From: Gemmatimonadota bacterium
GTDB taxonomy: Bacteria; Gemmatimonadota; Gemmatimonadetes; Longimicrobiales; RSA9
Direction of reading: 5' to 3'
Assembly: GCA_007126035.1 (NCBI GenBank)
Contig: SLCC01000086.1
Coordinates: forward strand, 680-64,679
DNA length: 64,000 bases
Shown in pieces: positions 19,572-28,220 of this stretch; position 1 is the stretch's first letter, and the number at the start of each line of letters is the position of its first letter. The position numbers and the translations under genes are program-made. Under the pieces are notes generated by a model. The model saw only the letters and a program-made list of their open reading frames with translations, did not search any database and was not told where the DNA came from.

Positions 19572-20207
19572 TCAGGGCAGGATGAGCGCACCGGCGGCTA
19601 TCAGCATCATGATGGCCACCATGAGCAGGCCCAGGGCCAGCAGGAATGGCAGCAAGACCGCCAGTGCCGCCTTCCAGCGTTCCGTCTCGTGGGCCGCGGC
19701 CAGTCCCAGCACGGTGATCACCAGCATCCACACCCCGCCGACCACGGTCCCGAGCAGAGGAATGACACCGAAGATCATGGGGCTGTAAGCGTAGCACAGC
19801 ACCCGGAGGCTGGTGCCGAAGGAGTGCGTCGCGCCGCGGACCAGTAGCAGCATGACGTGGATCACCGCTGCCGAGATCACCAGTCCCAGCAGGAGCAGGA
19901 TCGGGGAGAGCAGGAAGAACATCACGGGCTGGAACTCTGCTCCTGGCGCGAGACCCGTTTCCCGCCCTCCCGTCAGTGTCTCCCAGAAGAGGTTCGCGCC
20001 GGCCAGCAGTATCCCCAGGATGAGGTAGTACAGAACGGCGGGGCCGCTACCTCCCTCATGGGGTATCCGGGCGAACAACGAGGTCGGCTCGAAGGTCGCC
20101 GATCTCCACGTGTCGCCGAAAGCGGCCAGGACCGGCCCGTTCTCCGGTGGCGGCCAGGGGAATTGGCTGGGCGTCTCTGCCTCTTGGTAGTACCAGGGCT
20201 CCGTCAT
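19572..20207 (-). CDS. YIP1 family membrane protein
   Basis: Several TM segments, FGTSLRVLCYAYSP, GLAAAHETERWKA. Confidence 0.75.
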   Translation of the reverse strand: MTEPWYYQEAETPSQFPWPPPENGPVLAAFGDTWRSATFEPTSLFARIPHEGGSGPAVLYYLILGILLAGANLFWETLTGGRETGLAPGAEFQPVMFFLLSPILLLLGLVISAAVIHVMLLLVRGATHSFGTSLRVLCYAYSPMIFGVIPLLGTVVGGVWMLVITVLGLAAAHETERWKAALAVLLPFLLALGLLMVAIMMLIAAGALILP

Positions 20208-20208
20208 G

Positions 20209-20607
20209 TCAGCCGGTCAGCCAGGTGTCAAGTAGTTGGAACAGCGTCCGTGAGTTGATGGGCTTCGCCAGGAAGTCGTTGGCTCCGGCATCGAGCGCCT
20301 TGTCACGAGCCTGATCGAGCGCCGTGAGGGTGATTATGGGGATCCGGCGGGTTTCGGGAAAGTCTCTCAGCCGACGGGTGGCCTCGAGGCCATCGAGTGT
20401 CGGCATCATTATGTCCATGAGGATGAGGTCAGGCACGTTCCGGCGGGCGAGATCGATGGCCTCGACTCCGTCCACGGCAAGGAGTACCTGGAAACCGAAG
20501 GCCTTGAGCAGTGCGCCCATGGCCTCACGACTGTCCGGGTGGTCCTCCGCCACGAGGATCGTCGCGGGTTCGGGGAGGGGGGTGTTGCCGGTGTTCGCTT
20601 CCGCCAT
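20209..20607 (-). CDS. Single-domain response regulator (DivK/CheY-like)
   Basis: ILVAEDHPD, PDLILMDIMMPTLDG, IITLTA, FLAKP; start 20607. Confidence 0.9.
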   Translation of the reverse strand: MAEANTGNTPLPEPATILVAEDHPDSREAMGALLKAFGFQVLLAVDGVEAIDLARRNVPDLILMDIMMPTLDGLEATRRLRDFPETRRIPIITLTALDQARDKALDAGANDFLAKPINSRTLFQLLDTWLTG

Positions 20608-20746
20608 AACTGCTGCTCCGGGTGCGTTTCGGCCGCGCCACCTTGGCGGACGTTGCCGCTCGACATATACCAATACGAAGGCAATTTCTGCGCCCTCGCC
20701 CAGACCGGACACTGGACTGTGTCGCCGGGGCCGCCTAGCTTCTTCC

Positions 20747-21190
20747 ATGATGAACACGGCCTACCTCACGCGGCGAGTGGCGTTCGCCGCGGCCCATAGA
20801 TACTGGCGAGATGACTGGTCGGGGGAGCGCAACCGTGAGGTCTTCGGTGCGTGCGCCAACCCGCACGGTCACGGGCATTCGTACATACTCGAGGCGACGG
20901 TGGCCGGGCGCGTGGACCCGGAGACAGGCTTCTGCGTGGGCCTGGGCGAGCTCGATGCGGCACTGGCGGAGGCGGTGGTCCGGCCGCTCGACCATCAGCA
21001 TATCAACCACGCCGTGCCGGAGTTCGGTCCCGGTGGCCTGGTGCCGACCACCGAGAACCTGCTGTTGTGGGCATGGCCCAGGATCTCACGCCTGTTGCCG
21101 CCGGGGGTCCGGCTCCATCGTCTCCGGCTCCGGGAGGACGAGTCCCTGTACGTGGATGTCCTGCGGGACGACCTGGAGGGCGACCCTTGA
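20747..21190 (+). CDS. 6-pyruvoyl-/6-carboxy-tetrahydropterin synthase family (PTPS/QueD)
   Basis: FAAAHRY, CANPHGHGHSY, LDHQHIN, PTTENL. Confidence 0.9.
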   Translation: MMNTAYLTRRVAFAAAHRYWRDDWSGERNREVFGACANPHGHGHSYILEATVAGRVDPETGFCVGLGELDAALAEAVVRPLDHQHINHAVPEFGPGGLVPTTENLLLWAWPRISRLLPPGVRLHRLRLREDESLYVDVLRDDLEGDP

Positions 21191-21522
21191 GGCGCGGGAG
21201 TCGGCGGAGCCCCAGGCCGGCACCGGTACGGGCCGAGGAGGCTCACCTGGAAGGTGAGGGGGCAGTCGGGGGCGCTCCGGCTGGGGAGGCGCGGTTCGAG
21301 GTGGAGGGCACGACGTGGCTGGCGCGGCCGGCAGGGGCGGGGTGCTACGGGACCGGGAAGCTCGGCACCGCCCGCCTGGTGGCCGTCCACTTCTTCCGCG
21401 CCGATGCCACTGACGAGCCCGTGCGGGAGGCGCTGATCCCGGCGGGCTTGCTGGGAGTGTTGCGGGAAGAGGAATGGACCGAGCTCTGGGCCCGGGCCAC
21501 GCCGATCCGGACAGAGTCCTGA
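21187..21522 (+). CDS. Hypothetical protein
   Basis: Fills the gap between PTPS and trpS; TTG overlaps the upstream stop; protein-like composition ([22 protein letters not shown]). Confidence 0.6.
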   Translation: MRRGSRRSPRPAPVRAEEAHLEGEGAVGGAPAGEARFEVEGTTWLARPAGAGCYGTGKLGTARLVAVHFFRADATDEPVREALIPAGLLGVLREEEWTELWARATPIRTES

Positions 21523-21583
21523 CCAAATATCGAGAGGTCGCGCGGTCGCCGGTAAGGGACCGTGCGTGGAGGGAGGAGACGTA

Positions 21584-22591
21584 GTGGAGCGGAAACGTGT
21601 GTTGACCGGGGATCGGCCGACAGGCCGGCTACATCTGGGGCACTGGATCGGCAGCATCCGGAACCGGGTGCTGCTCCAGCAGGAGATGGACTGCTTCTTC
21701 ATCATTGCCGACCTGCACACCCTGACGACCCGCCCGGAGAAGGAGAGGCTGGCGGAGGTGCCGGCCATGATCCACGACATGGTGCTCGACTACCTGGCGC
21801 TGGGGATCGATCCGGAGCGGAGTCGCATCTTCGTCCAGTCCGCCGTGCCGGAGACGGCTGAGCTGAACCTGTATCTCGGCATGCTGGTGACGCTCCCCCG
21901 GCTGGAGCGGCTGCCCACCATAAAGGACATGGCCCAGGCAGCGGAGCTGGAGGTCATGCCCTTCGGGCTGGTGGGGTATCCGGTCCTGCAGGCGGCGGAC
22001 ATCCTCCTGCCCCGGGCCCACGTTGTTCCCGTTGGCCGGGACAACCTGTCCCACGTGGAGATAACGCGGGAGATTGCCCGCAGGTTCAACTATCTATACG
22101 GTGCGGTCTTCCCCGAGCCGGAGCCGCTGGTGGCGGACGTAGAGGTCCTGCCCGGCATCGACGGGAAGCAGAAGATGTCGAAGTCGTTGGGCAACGCCAT
22201 CCTGCTGTCCGACGACGAGGCGACGGTGAACCGTCTGGTGATGCGGATGTACACCGACCCGAACCGTGTGCGGGCGGACATCCCGGGCCGGGTGGAAGGC
22301 AACCCCGTGTTCATCTATCACGACGAGTTCAACCCTGATCGGGACGAGGTCGAGGACCTGAAGACACGTTACCGTGAGGGAAGGGTAGGTGATGTGGAGG
22401 TCAAGCGGAAGCTGGCCATGGCGTTGAACGATTTCCTGGCGCCGGTCCGTGAGCGGCGGGCCGAGCTGGCGGCGCGTCCGGGACTGGTCGAGGAGGTCCT
22501 GGCAGAGGGCAACAGGGCCGCGCGGGCTGGCGCCCGTGAGACCATGGCCCGGGTACGGGAGGCCATGGGCATGACGTACTATCGGGATTGA
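21584..22591 (+). CDS. trpS: Tryptophan--tRNA ligase
   Basis: [28 protein letters not shown]; GGAGG SD before GTG 21584. Confidence 0.96.
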   Translation: MERKRVLTGDRPTGRLHLGHWIGSIRNRVLLQQEMDCFFIIADLHTLTTRPEKERLAEVPAMIHDMVLDYLALGIDPERSRIFVQSAVPETAELNLYLGMLVTLPRLERLPTIKDMAQAAELEVMPFGLVGYPVLQAADILLPRAHVVPVGRDNLSHVEITREIARRFNYLYGAVFPEPEPLVADVEVLPGIDGKQKMSKSLGNAILLSDDEATVNRLVMRMYTDPNRVRADIPGRVEGNPVFIYHDEFNPDRDEVEDLKTRYREGRVGDVEVKRKLAMALNDFLAPVRERRAELAARPGLVEEVLAEGNRAARAGARETMARVREAMGMTYYRD

Positions 22592-22624
22592 TACCGACGC
22601 TGTAGCACTATCCAGGAGGTGGCG

Positions 22625-23248
22625 ATGCGGTGGAGTCGGATGGCTCTTCTCGCCGTGGCGGCGTTCGCCGTGATGGCGTGTGGGCTCGAGCCGGAGGCTG
22701 ACGAGGCGACGAGGGCGGAGCCGGTCGATGACCTGGCAGCCGCTGCGCCGACGTGCCAGCCGTCGCCTGACATGCCACTGGAGGGCCGGGTCAGCCCGTA
22801 CGACTCCGCCAACATCGCCGTGGGCGACGGCGCCGCCACCATCTGTTACGGGCGCCCGTCACTCCGGGGGCGGGAGATGATCGGAGGGGAGGCGGTCCCC
22901 TATGGCAAGTTGTGGCGGACGGGTGCCAACGAACCGACCATTGTGCATCTGAACGTACCGGCCCGGATCGCCGGCCTCCCGGTGGAGCCCGGCTCCTATT
23001 CGTTGTACACCATCCCCCAGCCGGGCGATGAGTGGACGCTGATCATCAACCGATCCACCAGCCAGTGGGGGCACGAGTCCCGCTACACGCCGGAAGTGTC
23101 AGCCCAGGAGCTGGGCCGCGCCCAGGTCCCGGCCGAGGCCATCGAAGAGACAGTCGAGCAGTTGACGATCCGGCCCGCGGCCGAGCGGGCGGGCGCGTTG
23201 CTGGAATGGCAGAACACGCGAGTCTTCATATCCATTGAGCCGCGCTGA
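22625..23248 (+). CDS. DUF2911 domain lipoprotein
   Basis: RVSP..YGRPSLRGR..VPYGKLWRTGANE..YSLYTIP..W..; VMAC lipobox. Confidence 0.85.
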   Translation: MRWSRMALLAVAAFAVMACGLEPEADEATRAEPVDDLAAAAPTCQPSPDMPLEGRVSPYDSANIAVGDGAATICYGRPSLRGREMIGGEAVPYGKLWRTGANEPTIVHLNVPARIAGLPVEPGSYSLYTIPQPGDEWTLIINRSTSQWGHESRYTPEVSAQELGRAQVPAEAIEETVEQLTIRPAAERAGALLEWQNTRVFISIEPR

Positions 23249-23290
23249 GGCAGGTGTCACGACATCGGCTGCTGGATCGTTCCATGTCGA

Positions 23291-23794
23291 ATGGGCGCCA
23301 CTCGAGCTGACGCCATGGACTATGAGCGGCTGTTCCGATCGCTTTACCCGCAGCTGTTCCGGTACCTGCATCGGTTGACGGGCGACGCGGATGCGGCCGA
23401 GGACGCTGCACAGGAGGCGTTCGTGCGACTGGCGCGAGGGAACTTGGACGAAGACGACGCCAAGCCGTGGCTGTTCGCGGTGGGTACGAATCTGGTCCGC
23501 GATGCGGCCCGCAAAGCGGACCGCCACCGCCGCCTCGAGGTGCATGTGCCCCGCTCCTCCGCTCCTCCGCTGCCTGACGCCATCGCCGAGCGCAACGAAG
23601 CAGTGGCGGCGGTCAGGCGGGCGCTGGACCGGCTACCGGAGCGGGATCGCAAGATCTTGTTGATGCGGGAGGAAGGCTTCCAGTATGATGAGATCGCCCG
23701 GTCCATAGGAGTGGCGGCCACGTCGGTGGGCACGCTCCTGGCCCGGGCCGGACGTCGTTTCGCGGCTGAGTTCGCCGCGACCGCACACGGATGA
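23291..23794 (+). CDS. ECF RNA polymerase sigma factor
   Basis: AEDAAQEAFVRL, WLFAVGTNL, LDRLPERDR, YDEIA..SVGTLLARA; start may be ATG 23315. Confidence 0.92.
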   Translation: MGATRADAMDYERLFRSLYPQLFRYLHRLTGDADAAEDAAQEAFVRLARGNLDEDDAKPWLFAVGTNLVRDAARKADRHRRLEVHVPRSSAPPLPDAIAERNEAVAAVRRALDRLPERDRKILLMREEGFQYDEIARSIGVAATSVGTLLARAGRRFAAEFAATAHG

Positions 23795-23802
23795 GGGGCG
23801 GG

Positions 23803-24801
23803 ATGTCGACACATCGTTCCGAGGGTGAGATCCAGGCGTTCCTGGACGACCAGCTCCTGGGCCGGGAGCGGGCGGCCATGGCGCAGCACCTCATGGGTTG
23901 CGCCGAGTGTCGCGCCCTGTACGACGAGCTTCAGGCGGCCAAGTCCCTGGTCTCGGCGCAGATCGGGCTCCTGGACGTGGATCCGCCGGCAGTTCCCGAG
24001 CCGCGAGTCGCGCGGCGGCTGGCACGGGCGAGCGGGTCCCTGACGAAGGCTGCCATCCTGGTCCTTCTGGCGGCCGGCGCTGTGGCCGCCGCATCCAGCG
24101 CTCCGGTCCGGGACTGGGTGGTCCGGGCGGTGGACCGCCGAAGCGTGCCGGTCAGCCCCGAGCCCACATCCCCGCTTGCGGCGGTGCCAGCGGAACTGGC
24201 TGTGGCCCCGGCGTGGATCGAGGGTTCGGTGCTCGGCGAGGGAGGCGAGGCCCTGCCCTTCGCCCGTCTCGAGGTCCTGGGTGACACCATCTCGGGGTGG
24301 AGCGACGATGGCGGCACGTATCGACTGGACGGCCTGCCAGGAGAGCGGTGGGTGGTACGTGCGACGCACCCGGGCTATCGGTCGATGGACGAAGAGGTGG
24401 TGCTGCCCGAGGAGGGTGGGCTCGAGCTGGATATACCGCTCGAGAAGCTGCCGGGCCCCACGCCCGAGCCGCTGGAGGGTTTCGAGCCGTTCCGCGTCAC
24501 CTACACGCTGCCGGTCCTGCTGAACACGGAGGATGTGACCTCTGCTATCCAGCGCCGCTACCCGCCTGGCCTTGCGGAGCAGAGGTTCGACCGACAGGCG
24601 GTGCTCCGGCTGTGGCTGGATGAGCAGGGCCGGGTCGCCCGCAGCACGCTGTATCGGTCGAGCGGTCAGAGCCAGCTGGATGTGCTGGCCCTCAGCGCTG
24701 GTCGGTTGATGCGATTCAGCCCGGCCGCCGCCGGGGACCAGCCGGTGCGGGTGATAGTCCTGATGCCGGTCCGGTTCGTACCGCCTCCGGACGAGTCCTG
24801 A
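23803..24801 (+). CDS. Zinc-finger anti-sigma factor with carboxypeptidase-regulatory-like and TonB C-terminal domains
   Basis: HLMGCAEC (HxxxCxxC), TM AAILVLLAAGAVAAA, IEGSV..SDDGGTYRLDGLP..HPGY, YPP..LDEQGRV..SSG..LD..FSPA..VRF. Confidence 0.75.
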   Translation: MSTHRSEGEIQAFLDDQLLGRERAAMAQHLMGCAECRALYDELQAAKSLVSAQIGLLDVDPPAVPEPRVARRLARASGSLTKAAILVLLAAGAVAAASSAPVRDWVVRAVDRRSVPVSPEPTSPLAAVPAELAVAPAWIEGSVLGEGGEALPFARLEVLGDTISGWSDDGGTYRLDGLPGERWVVRATHPGYRSMDEEVVLPEEGGLELDIPLEKLPGPTPEPLEGFEPFRVTYTLPVLLNTEDVTSAIQRRYPPGLAEQRFDRQAVLRLWLDEQGRVARSTLYRSSGQSQLDVLALSAGRLMRFSPAAAGDQPVRVIVLMPVRFVPPPDES

Positions 24802-24858
24802 GACGGACCCGGGTCAGGGCCTGATCCGGAGCTGGTCCCGGCCCGGGGATTCCTGTGG

Positions 24859-25167
24859 CTACGGGCTGGAAGGCCTGGTGCGGCCGGGCGGTGTGGCTCC
24901 CGCGGGGCCCTGTTCACCGGCGTCGGCGGTGCGGCCGTCCACGGCCGCGGCCCAGACGCATTCGGCCTTGAGGCAGACATCCCGTCCCCATTCGTCTTCC
25001 AACCAGATGGGCTTGCCCTGGCGCAGGAGGTACAAAATCCTGCGCTGCAGATCGATGGGCCGGTGCTTCCAGCGGGCGCGGAAGCAGACCGCACCGTCGT
25101 CTGTGGCCAGGCGGACTCGGACTGTCGGGATCCGGGTCCGCAGCGGGATCTGACGCGGGTAAATCAT
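24859..25167 (-). CDS. Hypothetical protein
   Basis: MIYPRQIPLRTRIPTVRVRL..WLEDEWG; good promoter directly upstream. Confidence 0.6.
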   Translation of the reverse strand: MIYPRQIPLRTRIPTVRVRLATDDGAVCFRARWKHRPIDLQRRILYLLRQGKPIWLEDEWGRDVCLKAECVWAAAVDGRTADAGEQGPAGATPPGRTRPSSP

Positions 25168-25209
25168 GACGTGAACGGTAGCACCTCCCCCGGCGGGATT
25201 CAACCTCCC

Positions 25210-26145
25210 TCAGACGCCGCGCGATTTCCAGAGCCGATCCAGTTGTGCGTGGCGCGGGCCGACGGCCTGCCGCCATTCGGGCAGGTCGTAGATCCCGGTG
25301 GTGGGCGGGGGCCGCCGCACAGCGGGGGGCCGTATGCCCAGTACATCCGAGACGGCCTCTCGCAGGGCCGTCACGGTCTCCACCATACGTGTGTGGAAGA
25401 CGGTGCCGGTCGCTGCGTAGGGGCTCATGTTCTGCGCGCTGGGGTGGAGCAGCCAGAGGAGTGCCGGCGGGCTGGCGCCCTTCGCCCGGTCCGCGGCCCA
25501 CCGGCCCATGAACCCTGCATCAGGTGCCAGGGCCGCGGGCCAGTGGGTGGCTTTGCCTCGCGTCAGTCCGGCCGCCTCGAGCCGGTCCCTGGTGGGTAGG
25601 ACCAGGCGGTTCCCCGTGGCCGCTCGCGCTGCCGCCACCAGGCTTCGCAGTGCCACGTTGCCCAGGCAGACCACCAGCCGCGGCTGCGTGGCCAAGACCG
25701 TGTCTCTCAGCAGGTGCAGGCTCGATGGCAGGGCGCCCACGGGCGCACGCAGCTCGGCGACTCGCGGCTCCCCGCCGCCACGCGCCGGGAGCTGGTTCAA
25801 AGCAGCCACGATGAACGTGGAGTTCCGGTCGAGCCCCGCGTTGCCGAGCAACACGTCCAGGTTGCCGCCGGCCACATCTCCGCCGAAGGGGATCCGGGTG
25901 CCGTGGGCGCCCATGGCGCCGCTGCCCATGCCGCCGGCGTTGCCTGGCGCAGCCCCCACGAACAGGACCTGGACCCGCCGCCAAGGTCCGTTCCGGCGTG
26001 ACCACACGATGGAGCGCACCGCCCGCTCGCCGCCCGGCTCGCGGCAGGGGGACTTGAGCCATTCGTCGCCGACGCAGGACAGGTGGCCCGCGTGGGCCCG
26101 GCAGAAGATATCCCGGAAGCGTTGCTCCTCGATCACGTCGTTCAT
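25210..26145 (-). CDS. Uracil-DNA glycosylase superfamily protein
   Basis: VLFVGAAPG, IPFGGDVAGGNLD, PRLVVCLGNVA, LLHPSAQN. Confidence 0.75.
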   Translation of the reverse strand: MNDVIEEQRFRDIFCRAHAGHLSCVGDEWLKSPCREPGGERAVRSIVWSRRNGPWRRVQVLFVGAAPGNAGGMGSGAMGAHGTRIPFGGDVAGGNLDVLLGNAGLDRNSTFIVAALNQLPARGGGEPRVAELRAPVGALPSSLHLLRDTVLATQPRLVVCLGNVALRSLVAAARAATGNRLVLPTRDRLEAAGLTRGKATHWPAALAPDAGFMGRWAADRAKGASPPALLWLLHPSAQNMSPYAATGTVFHTRMVETVTALREAVSDVLGIRPPAVRRPPPTTGIYDLPEWRQAVGPRHAQLDRLWKSRGV

Positions 26146-26239
26146 GCCGGAAGGTCGAGGCCTCGCAGGCTGCTCGCAAGGCGCGTCCAAAAGTGCTACC
26201 CTTACGCCCGACGCCTACGTGTAACCATTGGAGCGGACG

Positions 26240-27523
26240 ATGAGCGACGAGCGCGAATATCGGCACAGGCGGATAGGCGACAAGGTGTTGCGGCCCGAGA
26301 CGCTGATGATGGGCTATGGCTACGACCCCCACCTGTCGGAAGGTGCGGTGAAGTGTCCTATCTTCCAGACGTCAACGTTCGTATTCAAGAGGGCCGAGGA
26401 CGGGAAGGCGTTCTTCGAGCTGGCCTACGGCCTCCGGGAGCGGGAGCCCAGGGAGGTGCCGGGGCTGATATACTCGAGGATCAACAATCCGGACCTGGAG
26501 ATCCTGGAGGACAGGCTGGCCATATGGGACGGCGCCGACGCGGCACTGGTATTCTCCAGTGGCATGTCCGCCATCTCCACGGCGCTCCTGACCTTCCTCC
26601 GACCTGGGGATGCCATCGTCCACAGCGAGCCGGTGTACGGCGGCACGGAATACCTGCTCCTGAACATACTGCCCCAGTTCGGCATCCGTCGCTATGGCTT
26701 CACCGCGGGCGTGCCCGGAGCCATGGAATCGGCCGTTGAGGAGGCACGAGCGGAAGGGCCCATATCCGTGGTCCTGATCGAGACACCGGCCAACCCGACC
26801 AACGCACTGGTGGATATCCAGGCCTGTCGCCGACTGGTGGATTCGGTCGGCCAGGACCAGGCGCGGCGGCCGGTGCTCGCCGTGGACAACACGTTCCTCG
26901 GTCCGCTCTGGCAACGGCCCCTGGAGCATGGCGCCGACCTGATACTCTACTCCCTCACCAAGTACGTGGGCGGCCATTCCGACGTGATCGCCGGCGCGGT
27001 GCTGGGTGGCAAGGAGAACATGGAGCAGGTGGCCGGGATGCGTACGATCCTGGGGACCATGGCCGACCCATGGACCGGCTGGCTCCTCATGCGGTCGCTC
27101 GAGACGCTCAAGCTCCGTATGACCAGCCAGATGAAGAACGCCCGCTACGTAGCCGAGTTCCTCCTCGACCACCCGAAGGTGAGGAAGGTCCGCTACCTGG
27201 GGTTCCTCGACGATGACGACCCGGACCGCGAAATATATCAGCGCCAGTGCCTCTCGCCGGGCGGCACGTTCTCCTTCGAGGTCGACGGCGGCGAGGCGGA
27301 GGCGTTCCGGCTGCTGAACGCGCTCAAGATCGCCAAGCTGGCCGTGAGCCTGGGCGGTACCGAGACACTGGCCCAGCACCCGGCCAGCATGACTCACTCG
27401 GACGTCAAGCCAGAGCACCAGAAGGCGATAGGCATCACGCCCGCCATGATCCGGATCTCGGTGGGCGTGGAGCACCCGGAGGACATCATCGCCGACCTGG
27501 AGCAGGCGTTGGAGCAGGTCTAG
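26240..27523 (+). CDS. Cys/Met metabolism PLP enzyme (cystathionine gamma-synthase / methionine gamma-lyase family)
   Basis: YSRINNP, FSSGMSAI, ETPANPT, VDNTF, SLTKYVGGHSD, AVSLGGTE. Confidence 0.93.
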   Translation: MSDEREYRHRRIGDKVLRPETLMMGYGYDPHLSEGAVKCPIFQTSTFVFKRAEDGKAFFELAYGLREREPREVPGLIYSRINNPDLEILEDRLAIWDGADAALVFSSGMSAISTALLTFLRPGDAIVHSEPVYGGTEYLLLNILPQFGIRRYGFTAGVPGAMESAVEEARAEGPISVVLIETPANPTNALVDIQACRRLVDSVGQDQARRPVLAVDNTFLGPLWQRPLEHGADLILYSLTKYVGGHSDVIAGAVLGGKENMEQVAGMRTILGTMADPWTGWLLMRSLETLKLRMTSQMKNARYVAEFLLDHPKVRKVRYLGFLDDDDPDREIYQRQCLSPGGTFSFEVDGGEAEAFRLLNALKIAKLAVSLGGTETLAQHPASMTHSDVKPEHQKAIGITPAMIRISVGVEHPEDIIADLEQALEQV

Positions 27524-27586
27524 GCCGTCCCCGGGGGCCGCCCGGCCAGCCACTCGCTCGGCGCTGACTCTTCCCGGGGCAAGTAG

Positions 27587-28129
27587 CTAGATACTCTTCA
27601 GCCGGTCGTCGATGGCCTTCTGGACGGCGTCCCGGCCGCCGCCGGTCAGGAGGGTGTCGAGCATCTCCCTGGCATCATGGGCCACATCCTCGGGATGCCG
27701 CCGTTCGGAAGCCGGCCGGATGACGTTGCCGATGGGGAGCAGGGCGAACTGCGGCTCGCCGCCACCGTTCGTCGCTGTCCCTGACGAGCTGTCCACCTCT
27801 GAGGGCGGTGCTGGCACGCTGTCCCGCCACGGCTCGTCCGCCCCTTCCTGCTCGGCCTGGTCGGCCTCCATGGGGAGGACCAGGCAGAAACGGCCGTCGA
27901 TGTTGCCGTCCTCGTCCTCGCGGGCGGCCAGGGCAACGGAAACGGGCTCGGAGAGGAGGGACTGGATCGTGTCCATGGCGCCGGCCGCCACCACGCTGCG
28001 GGCGATGAGGTGTCCGTCGTAGTAGTAACCCAGGCCCACCGCCCCGTCGGGCACCGAGTCATGGCGAAGCGACCGGGCTTGCAGGCTTATTGGCGTCGGG
28101 TGCGGAATGACGACGAGGTGGTCCATCAT
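27587..28129 (-). CDS. Hypothetical protein
   Basis: Protein-like ORF (GLGYYYDGHLIAR..FALLPIGNV) downstream of sucA; start reset to ATG 28129. Confidence 0.65.
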   Translation of the reverse strand: MMDHLVVIPHPTPISLQARSLRHDSVPDGAVGLGYYYDGHLIARSVVAAGAMDTIQSLLSEPVSVALAAREDEDGNIDGRFCLVLPMEADQAEQEGADEPWRDSVPAPPSEVDSSSGTATNGGGEPQFALLPIGNVIRPASERRHPEDVAHDAREMLDTLLTGGGRDAVQKAIDDRLKSI

Positions 28130-28220
28130 TGTCCAGGATAAGTCCCACATTCGAGTATTCCAGCGGCTTCTCCGCCGCGGACTCTGGTGGCTGGTCGTAC
28201 CCGCCTTCGTCCACGGAGTT

